The notes under the pieces are model-generated. The model searched no databases. It was not told the origin of the DNA and saw only the letters and a program-made list of their open reading frames with translations. Below, piece by piece: positions 46,081 to 56,217 of a stretch of 64,000 nucleotides of DNA. Source of the DNA: a virus (lineage: Duplodnaviria; Heunggongvirae; Uroviricota; Caudoviricetes); IMG/VR virus record IMGVR_UViG_3300036768_001066; one strand, written 5' to 3'. Position 1 is the first letter of the stretch. The number at the start of each line of letters is the position of its first letter. The position numbers were made by a program, and so were the translations under genes.

Positions 46081-46477
46081 ATCGGTGTGTGTAGTATCTG
46101 AATGAGTATTTCATGCCGTACAGCGGCATCAGGAAGAACGTCCGATCGAGCTTGACGGGCTCGATGTGCACGTAGAACCTCACCTTGGTGATGTCCTTCT
46201 CGAGCAGCCCCTTCACGATGTCCCTGAACGTCCTCTCGTGCTCGAACCATCCCGGTATCCACGACTCGAGTATCAGCGTCTTTTCTATAGACTCGTGGTG
46301 ATCGAGCGACTTGCGGTCCGTCTTCGTCGCGGCGTGTATGCCCACCTGCTTGAACAGCCCTATCAGGTCCGACTCCATCTGCAGCTCCTTCTTGTCCATG
46401 TAGCCCTGGAAGTTCTCGTAGAATATGTTCACCCTCGGTTCCAGGCCGTCGGGCATGTCCCTCTCAATCGTCGTCAT
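46079..46477 (-). CDS. hypothetical protein
   Basis: 132-aa ORF. Confidence 0.4.
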   Translation of the reverse strand: MTTIERDMPDGLEPRVNIFYENFQGYMDKKELQMESDLIGLFKQVGIHAATKTDRKSLDHHESIEKTLILESWIPGWFEHERTFRDIVKGLLEKDITKVRFYVHIEPVKLDRTFFLMPLYGMKYSFRYYTHR

Positions 46478-46494
46478 CGTCCCTTATCAATTTC

Positions 46495-47101
46495 TCAATT
46501 TGCGTATACGTACGAGGACAGTTCGTCGAGCTCCCTGGCCTTTACCTCGAGCGTCGGTATGTCGCGTGCCGCGTTTATCTCCATTATTATCTCCACAAAA
46601 TTAGTCGTCAAGGACGGGTGCTGCATCATGTTTTCTACTGCCGCTTGTCGCAGGTATGTCCTGTAATCCTCCATGTGCTGCAATCCGGTACTAAGGCTTG
46701 GTCCGCCGTTGTACGAAAAAACCGTCTTCCATTCGTCGAAGGTCATGGGCCCGACCGGCGTGTTTGTGTCCTTTACCGTGGTGGTGAAGAACGATGATCT
46801 CTGTGCCCTCCTTGATTGCATTGCTATTACTTTTTGGCGCTCCACCTATGTAGAGCATGTCGTATTCCTTAACCTTTTGTTCGTAGTTTTCCAGCTTGTC
46901 GACTCGTGTATGCAGTCCGCGAGGCTGAGCACGCAGAGCATGGTTCCGCACCTTCGTCACGTCCACTGCCGTATGTACTCGATGACCTTGTCGTAAAGCT
47001 CGAGGTCGAGTCCTGGCGCAGCTTGAGCACTTGGTCGGTTCAGGTTCTTGACCCCTGTCTTCGAGCTCTGTTATGCCGAGCAGGCGCCTTATCCATCTCA
47101 T
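46495..47101 (-). pseudogene. disrupted gene: protein-like segments in at least three different frames (frameshifts near 46780 and 46990)
   Basis: Frame a: ...VDKLENYEQKVKEYDMLYIGGAPKSNSNAIKEGTEIIVLHHHGKG. Frame d: ...TNTPVGPMTFDEWKTVFSYNGGPSLSTGLQHMEDYRTYLRQAAVENMMQHPSLTT...YVYAN. A third frame: ...LDLELYDKVIEYIRQWT. Arg-rich junk lies between them. Confidence 0.3.
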
Positions 47102-47400
47102 TCCCCGTCGCTGTCCCTTAGTTTGTCGAGCACGTACCTGTTCGATAGCGTCGGTCTCTCGTACACTTTCTTATCATAGTACTCGTCGATGCTCATGCCG
47201 TACAGCGTTCTCACCAGGTGCTCAAACACGGCTTCTCTCGTCAGCGATTCCTGGAACCCCCACTTCACGGCCTCTCCCTGGATATGGTCAGGCAGCTCAT
47301 TGAACACTTGGAACATGAAGTCCTGGTCTCCGTCATTTATGTTGAGGTCGTCCGTGTGGAACGGTCCCAAACTGTTGAATTGGTCTCTCGTTAATTTCAT
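47098..47400 (-). CDS. hypothetical protein (start at MKLTRDQFNSL)
   Basis: About 100 aa with codon bias. The upstream portion of the ORF looks antisense-derived. Confidence 0.4.
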   Translation of the reverse strand: MKLTRDQFNSLGPFHTDDLNINDGDQDFMFQVFNELPDHIQGEAVKWGFQESLTREAVFEHLVRTLYGMSIDEYYDKKVYERPTLSNRYVLDKLRDSDGE

Positions 47401-47416
47401 TTCAGCTTTATTTTTA

Positions 47417-47530
47417 TTTCTTCGTTTTCGAGGTGAAGGTGGTCGTAGATGATCTGTCGAGCAGGACAAGGCCGTCGACCGCCTTCGTTGCCTCGCGTAT
47501 CTCATCCATCAAGTCGTCCGGCCCGCCCAT
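47417..47530 (-). CDS. small hypothetical protein (37 aa)
   Basis: MGGPDDLMDEIREATKAVDGLVLLDRSSTTTFTSKTKK. TAATG overlap with the clpP stop. Confidence 0.25.
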
Positions 47531-48219
47531 TACTTCTTAGCAGAAGGGTCAGCTATAAGAATCTCATCGATCATTCCGTACTCCTTGGCTTGGCCGGATG
47601 TCATCCAGTAGTCACGGTCCGAGTCGGTCCACACCTTGTCGTACGTCTGACCCGAGTGGTTCGCGATTATCTCGTACAGTTCCTTCTTGAGAATCTGGAT
47701 CTCTCTGGCGGTGATCTCGATGTCCGAAGCCTGCCCCTCGGCGCCTCCGAGCGGCTGGTGTATCATTATCCTCGAGTGCTTTAGTGCCGAGCGCTTGCCC
47801 CTGGCACCTGCACACATAAGTACCGCTCCCATGGATGCTGCCATCCCGGTGCAGATGGTCGCTACGTCGGGCGTGATGTACTGCATGGTGTCGTATATTC
47901 CGAGACCCGCGTATACGCTGCCGCCTGGTGAGTTGATGTAAATTTGGATGTCCTTCTTTCCGTCGAGCGACTGCAGGAAGAGGAGCTGCGCCTGTATGAT
48001 GTTCGCGACCTCGTCGTATATCCCCGTTCCGAGGAAGATGATGCGGTCCATCATGAGACGCGAGAACACGTCCATCTCTGCCACGTTGAGCTGACGCTCC
48101 TCGATGATGTACGGTGTTATGCTGCTGTTGATGCCGTGCTTCGTGTAGGAATCAAACGTGTTTGAACTGATGCCCCTGTGTTTGACGGCATACTTTCTGA
48201 ATTCGTCTCTATTGTTCAT
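47530..48219 (-). CDS. clpP: ATP-dependent Clp protease proteolytic subunit ClpP
   Basis: INSPGGSVYAGLGIYDTM. TICTGMAASMGAVL (catalytic Ser). IMIHQPLGG (catalytic His). 229 aa. Confidence 0.85.
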   Translation of the reverse strand: MNNRDEFRKYAVKHRGISSNTFDSYTKHGINSSITPYIIEERQLNVAEMDVFSRLMMDRIIFLGTGIYDEVANIIQAQLLFLQSLDGKKDIQIYINSPGGSVYAGLGIYDTMQYITPDVATICTGMAASMGAVLMCAGARGKRSALKHSRIMIHQPLGGAEGQASDIEITAREIQILKKELYEIIANHSGQTYDKVWTDSDRDYWMTSGQAKEYGMIDEILIADPSAKK

Positions 48220-48343
48220 ATCTGTAGTTTAGTATTTGTGCTCAATATAGTGATTTATTGCTCATTCCGTAGTCCACCGCAACCAATTTACCGTCGAGGA
48301 CTCGTTTTCAGAGAAGAACGCCTCTGTCTATGTCTATGTCCAT

Positions 48344-49219
48344 TTAATCAACGTATTCCGTATTTTCATCGACCTGGTCCTCGCTCGTTATCACTACCGC
48401 CTCACCCTTCTTTGGCTTCATCTTTATGATGCACTCATCGTAGTTTACTATCGCGAATGTCATGCCAGCATCGGTCGAACTGAGGTACTCGCCGTCCCAC
48501 GTCCAGTGCTGCGTGCTGAGCTTGGTCGTGTCGTGGTACTTGGTCACCACCGTCCCTGGCCTTAGCGTGTGCACGAGGGCCTTCCTGCCTACTGGAGATA
48601 AGTTCTTTATTATGTTCTCGACGTACTCGTGCTCCTTTACCACGAGGGCGTACATCTCGGGCATCTCTTCCTTCAGGTGCATCAAGAACATCGGTATGAC
48701 CTCCTTCTGGTACGACGTTATCTCGCCGCCGAATAAGGCCTGCGGTCTGAACCTTATTATGTTCATTATTAGATTCACGTCGAACGCCTTGATGTCTATG
48801 AAGTGCGACCCGTTGTTCATGAACGACCCGTGGCTCGACACCGGCAGGTCCTTGTTCATGTTCATGTTCATGTGCGCGTACGGTAGGAACACGTAGTCCC
48901 CGACTATCGCGAGCTTCTTCTTGTACGATCCCAGCTTGCCGAGCGCGTCCTTATACTTCTCCTTCCGCTCCGAGATCCATTTGCCGAAGCCTCTTGCCTT
49001 CCTTGTGAATCCGTACTCGTACGATTTCTTGCCGTACGGGCAGTCGCGGGCGTCGAGCATGGCTATGGTGGCACACTCGCCGCGCTTGAACAGCCCGCAG
49101 TTCTCGGAGTTCGAGCACGTTACTATCTGGCACTCCGCCCTGTCGTTCCTTCTGGACTTGAACAGCGCGTTCTCCGGGTTGTACACGTGTGCGTGCACTA
49201 TTTTCATTTCGTTTCCCAT
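48344..49219 (-). CDS. hypothetical protein with a Cys-rich N-terminal region
   Basis: 291-aa ORF. Confidence 0.45.
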   Translation of the reverse strand: MGNEMKIVHAHVYNPENALFKSRRNDRAECQIVTCSNSENCGLFKRGECATIAMLDARDCPYGKKSYEYGFTRKARGFGKWISERKEKYKDALGKLGSYKKKLAIVGDYVFLPYAHMNMNMNKDLPVSSHGSFMNNGSHFIDIKAFDVNLIMNIIRFRPQALFGGEITSYQKEVIPMFLMHLKEEMPEMYALVVKEHEYVENIIKNLSPVGRKALVHTLRPGTVVTKYHDTTKLSTQHWTWDGEYLSSTDAGMTFAIVNYDECIIKMKPKKGEAVVITSEDQVDENTEYVD

Positions 49220-49364
49220 TTAAGTTTCTTTGTGATGTTCTTCATCTCCGGTGTCATTCCGCCCCACTTGTCCTGCGCGCACCAAGCTTCCGGCCACGGC
49301 CTGCCGACGTCCGGGTTGCTTGACGCGTTCTCGAACCTAAGGTGTACGCACGTGTCGCACCTTA

Positions 49365-49685
49365 TTATCTCGGGTTGATTATGGAGTTGACCTCCTTGAG
49401 CAGGTCGTTCTCTATCAGGAACCTCTTCAGCATGAGCAGTTTCCCCTGGAGGATCTTGCTATCCTCCACGAGCGCTTGCTTTTCGCGTATCTGCTGGGCG
49501 CGCAGCCTGTCGCGCTCGAGCTTCATTTTCTGGCGTTCCTCCTCGTCCTTGACGATTGCGCCCATGAGCAGCTCGCCCATGAATTCGCCTGCTATGTCCT
49601 TGTTCGGTAGGTGCTCGAGACCCTGCACCATAAGGGTGATTTGATTGATTCGTTCATTATTGTCGGTTTTAAAATTTATATGCAA
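49365..49685 (-). CDS. coiled-coil hypothetical protein
   Basis: 106-aa ORF, KE-rich and helical. Confidence 0.4.
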   Translation of the reverse strand: MHINFKTDNNERINQITLMVQGLEHLPNKDIAGEFMGELLMGAIVKDEEERQKMKLERDRLRAQQIREKQALVEDSKILQGKLLMLKRFLIENDLLKEVNSIINPR

Positions 49686-49710
49686 ACGCCCTTGACGTCC
49701 TCTATCTTCT

Positions 49711-49872
49711 CTATGACTCCACCCTCTTCTTCGGTTTCAGGTGTTCATTGAGTTTGGCCGGGATGTCCTCGATTTTGTTGTCTGTGAACACGTGACCGGT
49801 CTCCTGCTTGATGTTGCCGATCTTGTCGTCCTGCATGATAGCAAGGGTGTAGTAGTTTACTTTGTATGCCAT
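49711..49872 (-). CDS. small hypothetical protein (53 aa)
   Basis: MAYKVNYYTLAIMQDDKIGNIKQETGHVFTDNKIEDIPAKLNEHLKPKKRVES. Confidence 0.3.
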   Translation of the reverse strand: MAYKVNYYTLAIMQDDKIGNIKQETGHVFTDNKIEDIPAKLNEHLKPKKRVES

Positions 49873-49877
49873 GTTAA

Positions 49878-50153
49878 TTAGAATAAAGCGTTCTTACTGT
49901 ACATTGTGAATTTCGAGTCGGGATTTATTATGTTGCCACCCTTGAGCATGGTGAACTCACATATCTTGTCGCCAACCTTAAGCTCATTGAACTTCATCGA
50001 GTTCTTGTTCTTGTCCTTGACGTTTACGTGTATGCGTTTCCCGTCGTCTGTCCTGAACACTATCTGGCGCGTCTTGTACGGCTTGCCGTCCTCCGGATCG
50101 GGAAACTGCCCGTCGTGCCATGTCCTCTTCTCTATAACCTCAGCGTATTTCAT
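49878..50153 (-). CDS. hypothetical protein
   Basis: 91-aa ORF with good codon bias. Confidence 0.45.
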   Translation of the reverse strand: MKYAEVIEKRTWHDGQFPDPEDGKPYKTRQIVFRTDDGKRIHVNVKDKNKNSMKFNELKVGDKICEFTMLKGGNIINPDSKFTMYSKNALF

Positions 50154-50222
50154 CAGTTCAGTTTAAGTAAATTTTCAAACAGCGCCGTCATTATCAGCGC
50201 CACTATCGCTACTCTTTTCATA

Positions 50223-50696
50223 TTACTGCTTGTTTTCTTCCGTCAGTTGCCCCGCTATCATCCCTATCACGTACGGTGCGGATGCCGCCGGATCCTCGGA
50301 CCCCTGCCCGTAGTGCGTGTAGTCCCAGCGGTGGTTGGTGTCCCAGTCCACGTAGTGCACCATCTCGTGTATTATGGTGTTGGTGATGCTGGAGTTGCTC
50401 CTGTCGAGCTTCGCGGTGTTCACGCATATCTCGGTCTGCGTCTTCGCCAGGCACTTCGTCCAGCGCTTGCTGTACTCGGTCACCTGTATAGTGTCGTTCG
50501 AACCAAGCTTGCCCCTCGTGGTGTCGTTTATGCGGCGCATTATCTTGTTCACCGCTATGTCCTTGCCCGTGTGCAGCCGCGCCTCGTACATCTCGCTGCT
50601 TTTGGCGCTGGCATGTTGCACTCTTTCAGGACCATTGTTCTTGTACGCCTCGTTGTAGTGCATGTGCTTCGCCGACTGGGCGGGCATGTCGACCAT
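50223..50696 (-). CDS. SprT-like zinc metallopeptidase
   Basis: TIIHEMVHYVDWD (HExxH plus a downstream acidic residue), preceded by the SprT-like block TRGKLGS...TIQVT. Confidence 0.5.
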   Translation of the reverse strand: MVDMPAQSAKHMHYNEAYKNNGPERVQHASAKSSEMYEARLHTGKDIAVNKIMRRINDTTRGKLGSNDTIQVTEYSKRWTKCLAKTQTEICVNTAKLDRSNSSITNTIIHEMVHYVDWDTNHRWDYTHYGQGSEDPAASAPYVIGMIAGQLTEENKQ

Positions 50697-50797
50697 GTCG
50701 GGAAGTTCGGGCGAGGGTGGCCTTCAAGATGGAAGAGCTGCCCACCGGGCTGCGCAACAGGGCGAAGCTGGAGCTCGCGGAGGTTCTGCATGATCAC

Positions 50798-51265
50798 TCA
50801 TCTCAATTTTATACTGTTCATTAGTTCCGCCGCCATCTTCGTCAGTGTTTCTTCTGGGACGCCGTGGACGTCCTTGCCGCCGTGGCGGTTCTCGACCACG
50901 ACAGAGAACACCATGTATCCGTGCTCCTGCGCCATGTCGATGTACTCCTTCATGTCCCTTACCTTAATAAACGTGTTGCTAACGAATATGAGCCGCTTGC
51001 CGTCTTCCATGGCGCGCCTGCACCTACCTTGGCAGTCCTCGTGTGCCTTGCCGAGCTTGAACCGGTCCCACTTGTACTCGCCGCCAACCATAAAGTAGTC
51101 GTCGGCCGCCAGAATCGGGTACTTGCCATCAGACAGCGTCTCGGCCATTGTCGATTTGCCAGAACCGGGCACTCCTCTGAGCAGTACCAGGGCCTTGGCC
51201 TTCTTTTTGCCCGAAACAATCCCCTTTATCCACGTTATTAGTTTTATCCACGTTATTAGTCTCAT
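50798..51265 (-). CDS. P-loop polynucleotide-kinase-like kinase (T4 Pnk kinase-domain-like, AAA_33), without a phosphatase domain
   Basis: LLRGVPGSGKSTMAE resembles T4 Pnk TIGCPGSGKSTWA. IFVSNTFI resembles IISDTNL. VPEETLTKMA resembles VPIDVLRSMY. The 5' end has an 18-bp tandem duplication that encodes ITWIKLITWIK. Confidence 0.6.
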   Translation of the reverse strand: MRLITWIKLITWIKGIVSGKKKAKALVLLRGVPGSGKSTMAETLSDGKYPILAADDYFMVGGEYKWDRFKLGKAHEDCQGRCRRAMEDGKRLIFVSNTFIKVRDMKEYIDMAQEHGYMVFSVVVENRHGGKDVHGVPEETLTKMAAELMNSIKLR

Positions 51266-51298
51266 AGTCGAATATATAAAAAAACTAATCCAGCACAA

Positions 51299-51754
51299 AT
51301 GAAGCACGTAAAGACTTTCCAATTATGGGAGGGCAAGAAGAGGAACCCAGAGAAGTACAAGACCGGCGATTACAAATGGTACGATGCCGAGGAATTCCTC
51401 AAACTCATAGACGCGGTGGCGGCTAAAGCGCCTGACATGGAGTGGGGTACGCCGTCCGACATCTACGGGCACGCGACCCATTACGCCAAGTTCGAGGAGG
51501 CCAAGTCGGAGCTCGAGAAGTGGGTCAAGTACTGGTCCGACAGGAAGGACCCGGTCAAGCTCTGCATCTGGAGCATAGATGACTCGAGACTCAACTACAT
51601 AAACAGCACCAGGCTGCTCGCATCCGGGCTCGAGAAACTCGCGGAATTCGTGGAGCCTGGCAAGTCAAAGCGCGTAAGCATAACCATGAACAACAAGGGC
51701 ATAAGCGACTTCGGCGCCGCCATGAGCCGCGGCGATTACGGCTCACTTGATTAA
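51299..51754 (+). CDS. hypothetical protein, leader family (MKHVKTFQLWE)
   Basis: 151-aa ORF. Confidence 0.5.
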   Translation: MKHVKTFQLWEGKKRNPEKYKTGDYKWYDAEEFLKLIDAVAAKAPDMEWGTPSDIYGHATHYAKFEEAKSELEKWVKYWSDRKDPVKLCIWSIDDSRLNYINSTRLLASGLEKLAEFVEPGKSKRVSITMNNKGISDFGAAMSRGDYGSLD

Positions 51755-51776
51755 ATAATCGAGGATATATAAGACA

Positions 51777-51887
51777 TGAAGAACATCAAGCTATTTAAAC
51801 AATTCGTGGGAGAACTAAACGAGACCTACCACGATATGAAATACGACGGACACGACATGGTCATGTTCGGCAAATACATATCATAAA
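51777..51887 (+). CDS. small protein (36 aa), leader family (MKNIKLFKQFVGELNE)
   Basis: Hand-translated ORF with TATATAAGAC directly upstream of the ATG. Confidence 0.3.
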
Positions 51888-51900
51888 AACCAAAACACAA

Positions 51901-52629
51901 ATGAGCAAATACGACAGACTTGATTCCCTGCTTGAGGGTTTCGAAAACAGGATAGCGATAGGAGACCTCGAGGACAAGGTAAAGGCCACGCTAATGAAAA
52001 AGCTCGGTGAGGACTTCACACTATCCGGCCCCGGCAAGAAAACAATCGAGGACGAGATGGGAACCGTTTACTTCGACATAGACACACTCGAAGTGGAGAA
52101 CGACGGATCCACAGAGACCATCGCGGACCTGCTCGGGATAACGCCGGACGAGTTTGCCGCCAAGATAAAGGGCGAGCTCGAGAAGATGCCGGCTACCGAC
52201 CTCGGCAAGTACGAGTCCATTGTTCAGGAGAGCACCGGCAGGTTTCTTTACGGCATAAAGACGTTCGAATCTTTTCAGGCAACTGAGGTGGTTAATGAGT
52301 CGGAAATTCCGGAGGAGCTGAAGAACGTGAAGCAGATAGCCGCTATTACCGAGGACAAGTATGATGATATGCACGGCGTTCTACCCCCGATATACATATC
52401 CTCGATAGACGGCATAAAGGTCGGAGGTTTTGCGGTGTCCGAACCGTACGATTCGTTTAAGGGCCTGCCTACGTTTGGCGTGTACTTCAAGTTCAAGGGC
52501 AAGTACTACAGCGCTGTCGCATCACTGACCAAGGACGACGGCAAGCCAATAACCTTCGCCTCGTACAACAACCAGGAGTTCACCAGGAACAACAGGGCGA
52601 CGAGTGTAGAAAAAGAAAGTAGAGAATAA
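51901..52629 (+). CDS. hypothetical protein, leader-like (MSKYDRLDSLLE)
   Basis: 242-aa ORF. Confidence 0.5.
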   Translation: MSKYDRLDSLLEGFENRIAIGDLEDKVKATLMKKLGEDFTLSGPGKKTIEDEMGTVYFDIDTLEVENDGSTETIADLLGITPDEFAAKIKGELEKMPATDLGKYESIVQESTGRFLYGIKTFESFQATEVVNESEIPEELKNVKQIAAITEDKYDDMHGVLPPIYISSIDGIKVGGFAVSEPYDSFKGLPTFGVYFKFKGKYYSAVASLTKDDGKPITFASYNNQEFTRNNRATSVEKESRE

Positions 52630-52630
52630 C

Positions 52631-53380
52631 ATGAAGTTCAGCAAATTCGAAAAGATAAGCTCGCTCCTCGAGTACCACTCGCCGGAAGAAGTAGACAAGC
52701 AGATACTCGAGTCGTACGGGCTCGACGAGTCGGACATCTCTGACATCGAGAGCGTCAACGAAGGACTATTTGACAAGTTCAAAAACATGCTCAGCAAGGC
52801 GCTGCCAGGCGGGGCTATAAACAAGGCCGAGAAGATCCTGAAGGACTACGAGAACATCAAGAAGGACACGTTGAAGAAGATCGGCTCGCTGAGGACTACT
52901 GCGTTCAAGGCGAAAATAAAGGCCAACGCCAACAAAGACGACAAGAATCTTGCAGACCTCGCGGCTGAAGCCGATGACCGCATGAAGCGTGCGTCAAGGA
53001 TTGTACAGAACGCGGAGGATAAGCAGATGCAGGCGATAGAGGACAGGCTCATGACGTTCGTAAAGGACAAGCCGGACCGCGTGAAGTCGTACGTACAGAT
53101 GCGTGTCGCCGAGATACAACAGAAGATGGCGGAGCTCGAGATGAAGGATGCGCAGAATTACGGTTCCGAGGAAGAGTTGAAGAAGCTCGAGGACATCGTG
53201 AAGAAGCGCGGTGCGCTCAAGCAAAAGTACGCTACCAAGCTCGAGAAGATAGCCAAGGGCGGCAAGGACGCTAAGAACACGGGTCAGCTTGACAAGGAGA
53301 TTGAGACGGCAAAGAAGGACCTGGAGAAGGTCGAGGGCGGTAAGAAAGAGGGTGAACAAGAACAGAAAAAAGCTGCGTAA
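52631..53380 (+). CDS. hypothetical KE-rich coiled-coil protein, leader family (MKFSKFEKISSLLE)
   Basis: 249-aa ORF. Confidence 0.5.
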   Translation: MKFSKFEKISSLLEYHSPEEVDKQILESYGLDESDISDIESVNEGLFDKFKNMLSKALPGGAINKAEKILKDYENIKKDTLKKIGSLRTTAFKAKIKANANKDDKNLADLAAEADDRMKRASRIVQNAEDKQMQAIEDRLMTFVKDKPDRVKSYVQMRVAEIQQKMAELEMKDAQNYGSEEELKKLEDIVKKRGALKQKYATKLEKIAKGGKDAKNTGQLDKEIETAKKDLEKVEGGKKEGEQEQKKAA

Positions 53381-54723
53381 TGATAAAGTTCCATCAGTTT
53401 GAGAAAATAAAGAATGCTATCGATGGGGGCGTCGATATGGCGGAGCTAACTTCGCTGATGGAGTCGGAGAACCTGAGCGAGGGCATATTCTCGAGCATAA
53501 TGAACTACTTCTCCAAGCTGCTTGGCGGTAAGATCGACAAGCTCGACAAGATAATCTCCAAGTACAAGTCCAACGAACATGACTACTGGGCTAAGTGGGC
53601 GGACGCCAACTTCAAGTTCAACGAGGCAGACGCGTTGATGCGCCAGACGAGCGACCCATCTGAGAAAGAGAAGTATCTTGAGATGAAGCAGAGGGCGGAC
53701 AAGCTGCTCAGGGTTGTGGACTCGTCAAGGGACGAGGTCAACGATGCGTTGTCGCGCCAGGCGCAGCACATAATAAAGGGTAACGCACGGCTCGGCGATT
53801 ACTACCTCATGGCAAAGGCCAAGGCCGACGAAGAGGTCGCCAACGAGAGCTACAAGAAGTTGAAGAAACTGTCCGACAAGGACACGGTCGACACGCTCTA
53901 CAAGAAGGTGGAGGTCGACACAGAGAACGCGCGCAAGAAGGAGGAAGAGTTCAAGAAGAAGTATGGCGGACAATCTACTGGCTCGATGCGCGAGTTCAGG
54001 GGGGCGGGCGAAAGCACGCTGTCAAAGCTCGGCGTGGATGATATAGACGATATGGTGTACAAGGATCTGAACGACGTCAGGGACGAGCTTGACGAGATAG
54101 CGGCCGACGACAAGAAAAAGAAGAACCTCGAGGTGTACCTTGCGAGCAAGATAAAGAGAGTCAAAGACAAGCTTGCGGATGAGACTAAGAAGGGTCCGAG
54201 CACGTCGCTCGAGAGCACGGCCAAGCACATAATAAGCACGCTCGAGAAGAAGATAGACTACCTGCAGAAGGCTGGGTTCTCCGCAAAGGTTAAGGACGAG
54301 GTGAAGAGCGACCCCGAGGTGGTCACTCCAGTGACAACCCCGGAGATCGGCAAGGAAAACGTTGCGGACACCATACAGAACTCCATAGATAAGGTCGGCG
54401 ACGACGCGAAGGATGTGATCGAGGACCTAACAAAGGAGACTGACAAGTTCTTCAAGGACGCCAAGTCCATAATAGAGGACACTACCGGCCCAATATCCGA
54501 CGAGAGGTACGAGCTGCTGAAGGACGACCTGGTGTCTCTGTTCGGCAAGCTGACGTTCGCGTACAAGAGAGACAATAAGGAGATGAAGATGCGCACATTG
54601 CAGATGAGTATTGTTAATTTCGCAGGCAAGGTTTACGAGTACAAGAAAAAGAAAAACAAGCTCGACGGCAGTCTGACGGACATAGAGCTCGAGGAGTTGT
54701 TCGATACATATAACAAAGGATAA
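53380..54723 (+). CDS. hypothetical KE-rich coiled-coil protein, leader family (MIKFHQFEKIKNAI)
   Basis: 447-aa ORF. Confidence 0.5.
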   Translation: MIKFHQFEKIKNAIDGGVDMAELTSLMESENLSEGIFSSIMNYFSKLLGGKIDKLDKIISKYKSNEHDYWAKWADANFKFNEADALMRQTSDPSEKEKYLEMKQRADKLLRVVDSSRDEVNDALSRQAQHIIKGNARLGDYYLMAKAKADEEVANESYKKLKKLSDKDTVDTLYKKVEVDTENARKKEEEFKKKYGGQSTGSMREFRGAGESTLSKLGVDDIDDMVYKDLNDVRDELDEIAADDKKKKNLEVYLASKIKRVKDKLADETKKGPSTSLESTAKHIISTLEKKIDYLQKAGFSAKVKDEVKSDPEVVTPVTTPEIGKENVADTIQNSIDKVGDDAKDVIEDLTKETDKFFKDAKSIIEDTTGPISDERYELLKDDLVSLFGKLTFAYKRDNKEMKMRTLQMSIVNFAGKVYEYKKKKNKLDGSLTDIELEELFDTYNKG

Positions 54724-54727
54724 TACA

Positions 54728-55876
54728 ATGAGGGTACTTGGCTTTGACGGATGGAGCAACCTCAACGAGGCTGCACAGTTCGACGACATAGTGGACAAGG
54801 TGAAGACTGCGGTTGAACCGGATATGGGCAAGCTTAATGTTGTCAAGGACCTCCACACATTCAAGCGCCCGGGGGAACCCGTGCAGACCGCCATACTTTT
54901 CAGCAACGACAAGATGCAGTCGTTCGCACTGAACATCGTCAAGGCGACCAACAAGCTGTACAGTATTGACATCTGGAAGCCGGAATCGAAGGGACCAGTG
55001 GCCACCGTGTATGCTAACAAGATGAGCGTTGACGATATTGTGCCGCAGCTCCCGGAGCTGGTTAACAACCCGAAGGTTAACGAGAAGGAAACCGATCTGA
55101 CCATCGCCGCGCCCAAGGCTAAGGAAGATACTACAGAGGACGCTAAGGTTGACGACGAGTACATCTTTGCGGACGATGAGGACGAGCTGTTCGACCAGAT
55201 ACGTTCGTACGTTGACATGGTAATCAAGGGCAAGCAGCCGGCGCTCATGCTGACCGGCATGCCAGGTCTCGGCAAGACGAGGATCGTCAAGGACCGCCTC
55301 GATGCAGCGGGAATGAAGCGCGACGTAGATTACGTGAAGATAACCGGAACCGCCTCCGCGGTCGGTTTGTACACGCAGCTGTACGAGAACAACGGGAAGT
55401 TCATCCTGTTCGACGACTGCGACGGTGTGTTCGATGACAAGGATGGCGTCAATGTGTTGAAGGGAGCGCTCGACTCCGATGACAGGGAAATATCGTGGGC
55501 GAAGGCAAGCAAGCTAAGGACGTCTGACGACAAGCCCGTTCCAAAGAGGTTCGAGTTCAAGGGTAAGATAATATTCATAAGCAACAAGTCGATAAAGTCA
55601 CTGCCGCCGGCGCTGAAGAGCCGCTCGTTCATAGTGGAGGGAGCGTTGAGACCTAAGGACATGGCAGAGTACATGGAGAAGAATATAAAGGGATTCATGC
55701 CCGAAGAGAGCATGGAAGCGAAGAAGTTTGCGCTGAGCACCATAAAAGCGATAGCGAAGGAGGATCCTAAGATCAAGATTGACTGGAGGACCTTGCAGAA
55801 GGCCATGCGCATACTCGATTCGGTTTCTGATCTGGCGAAGGCAAAAAAAATGATAGCGCAGCAAGCGTACAACTAA
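54728..55876 (+). CDS. AAA+ ATPase with the leader-like N-terminus MRVLGFDGWSNLNE
   Basis: Walker A LTGMPGLGKT. Walker B ILFDDCDG. Sensor-like IIFISNKS. Confidence 0.55.
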   Translation: MRVLGFDGWSNLNEAAQFDDIVDKVKTAVEPDMGKLNVVKDLHTFKRPGEPVQTAILFSNDKMQSFALNIVKATNKLYSIDIWKPESKGPVATVYANKMSVDDIVPQLPELVNNPKVNEKETDLTIAAPKAKEDTTEDAKVDDEYIFADDEDELFDQIRSYVDMVIKGKQPALMLTGMPGLGKTRIVKDRLDAAGMKRDVDYVKITGTASAVGLYTQLYENNGKFILFDDCDGVFDDKDGVNVLKGALDSDDREISWAKASKLRTSDDKPVPKRFEFKGKIIFISNKSIKSLPPALKSRSFIVEGALRPKDMAEYMEKNIKGFMPEESMEAKKFALSTIKAIAKEDPKIKIDWRTLQKAMRILDSVSDLAKAKKMIAQQAYN

Positions 55877-55890
55877 AACAACGAATCACA

Positions 55891-56217
55891 ATGAAGTACC
55901 TGAAATTGTTCAACGAGGGCGAGCGAGATCAGCGCCAGAGGGACAACGAGGCCAAGTCCAAGGAGGTCATGAAGGTCGCGACCCCAGAGCAGAAGAAGGT
56001 GCTGGATGACATGCAGTCGGGCACGGAGTACTTCTTCTTCCTGATGCCGTTAAAGCTCGGCGAGATCACGCCGGAGGCGATAGACTTCCAGCTCCAGGTG
56101 ATGATAAACTCGGTGGAGGGCGACAAGTCACAACTCGAGGACGAGCACGTCAAGTACGGCGAGAAGAAGGGCTGGTTTGACGGGTTCGATGAAAGCTTAC
56201 AGGAAAAAGTAAATTGA
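55891..56217 (+). CDS. hypothetical protein, leader family (MKYLKLFNE)
   Basis: 108-aa ORF. Confidence 0.45.
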   Translation: MKYLKLFNEGERDQRQRDNEAKSKEVMKVATPEQKKVLDDMQSGTEYFFFLMPLKLGEITPEAIDFQLQVMINSVEGDKSQLEDEHVKYGEKKGWFDGFDESLQEKVN

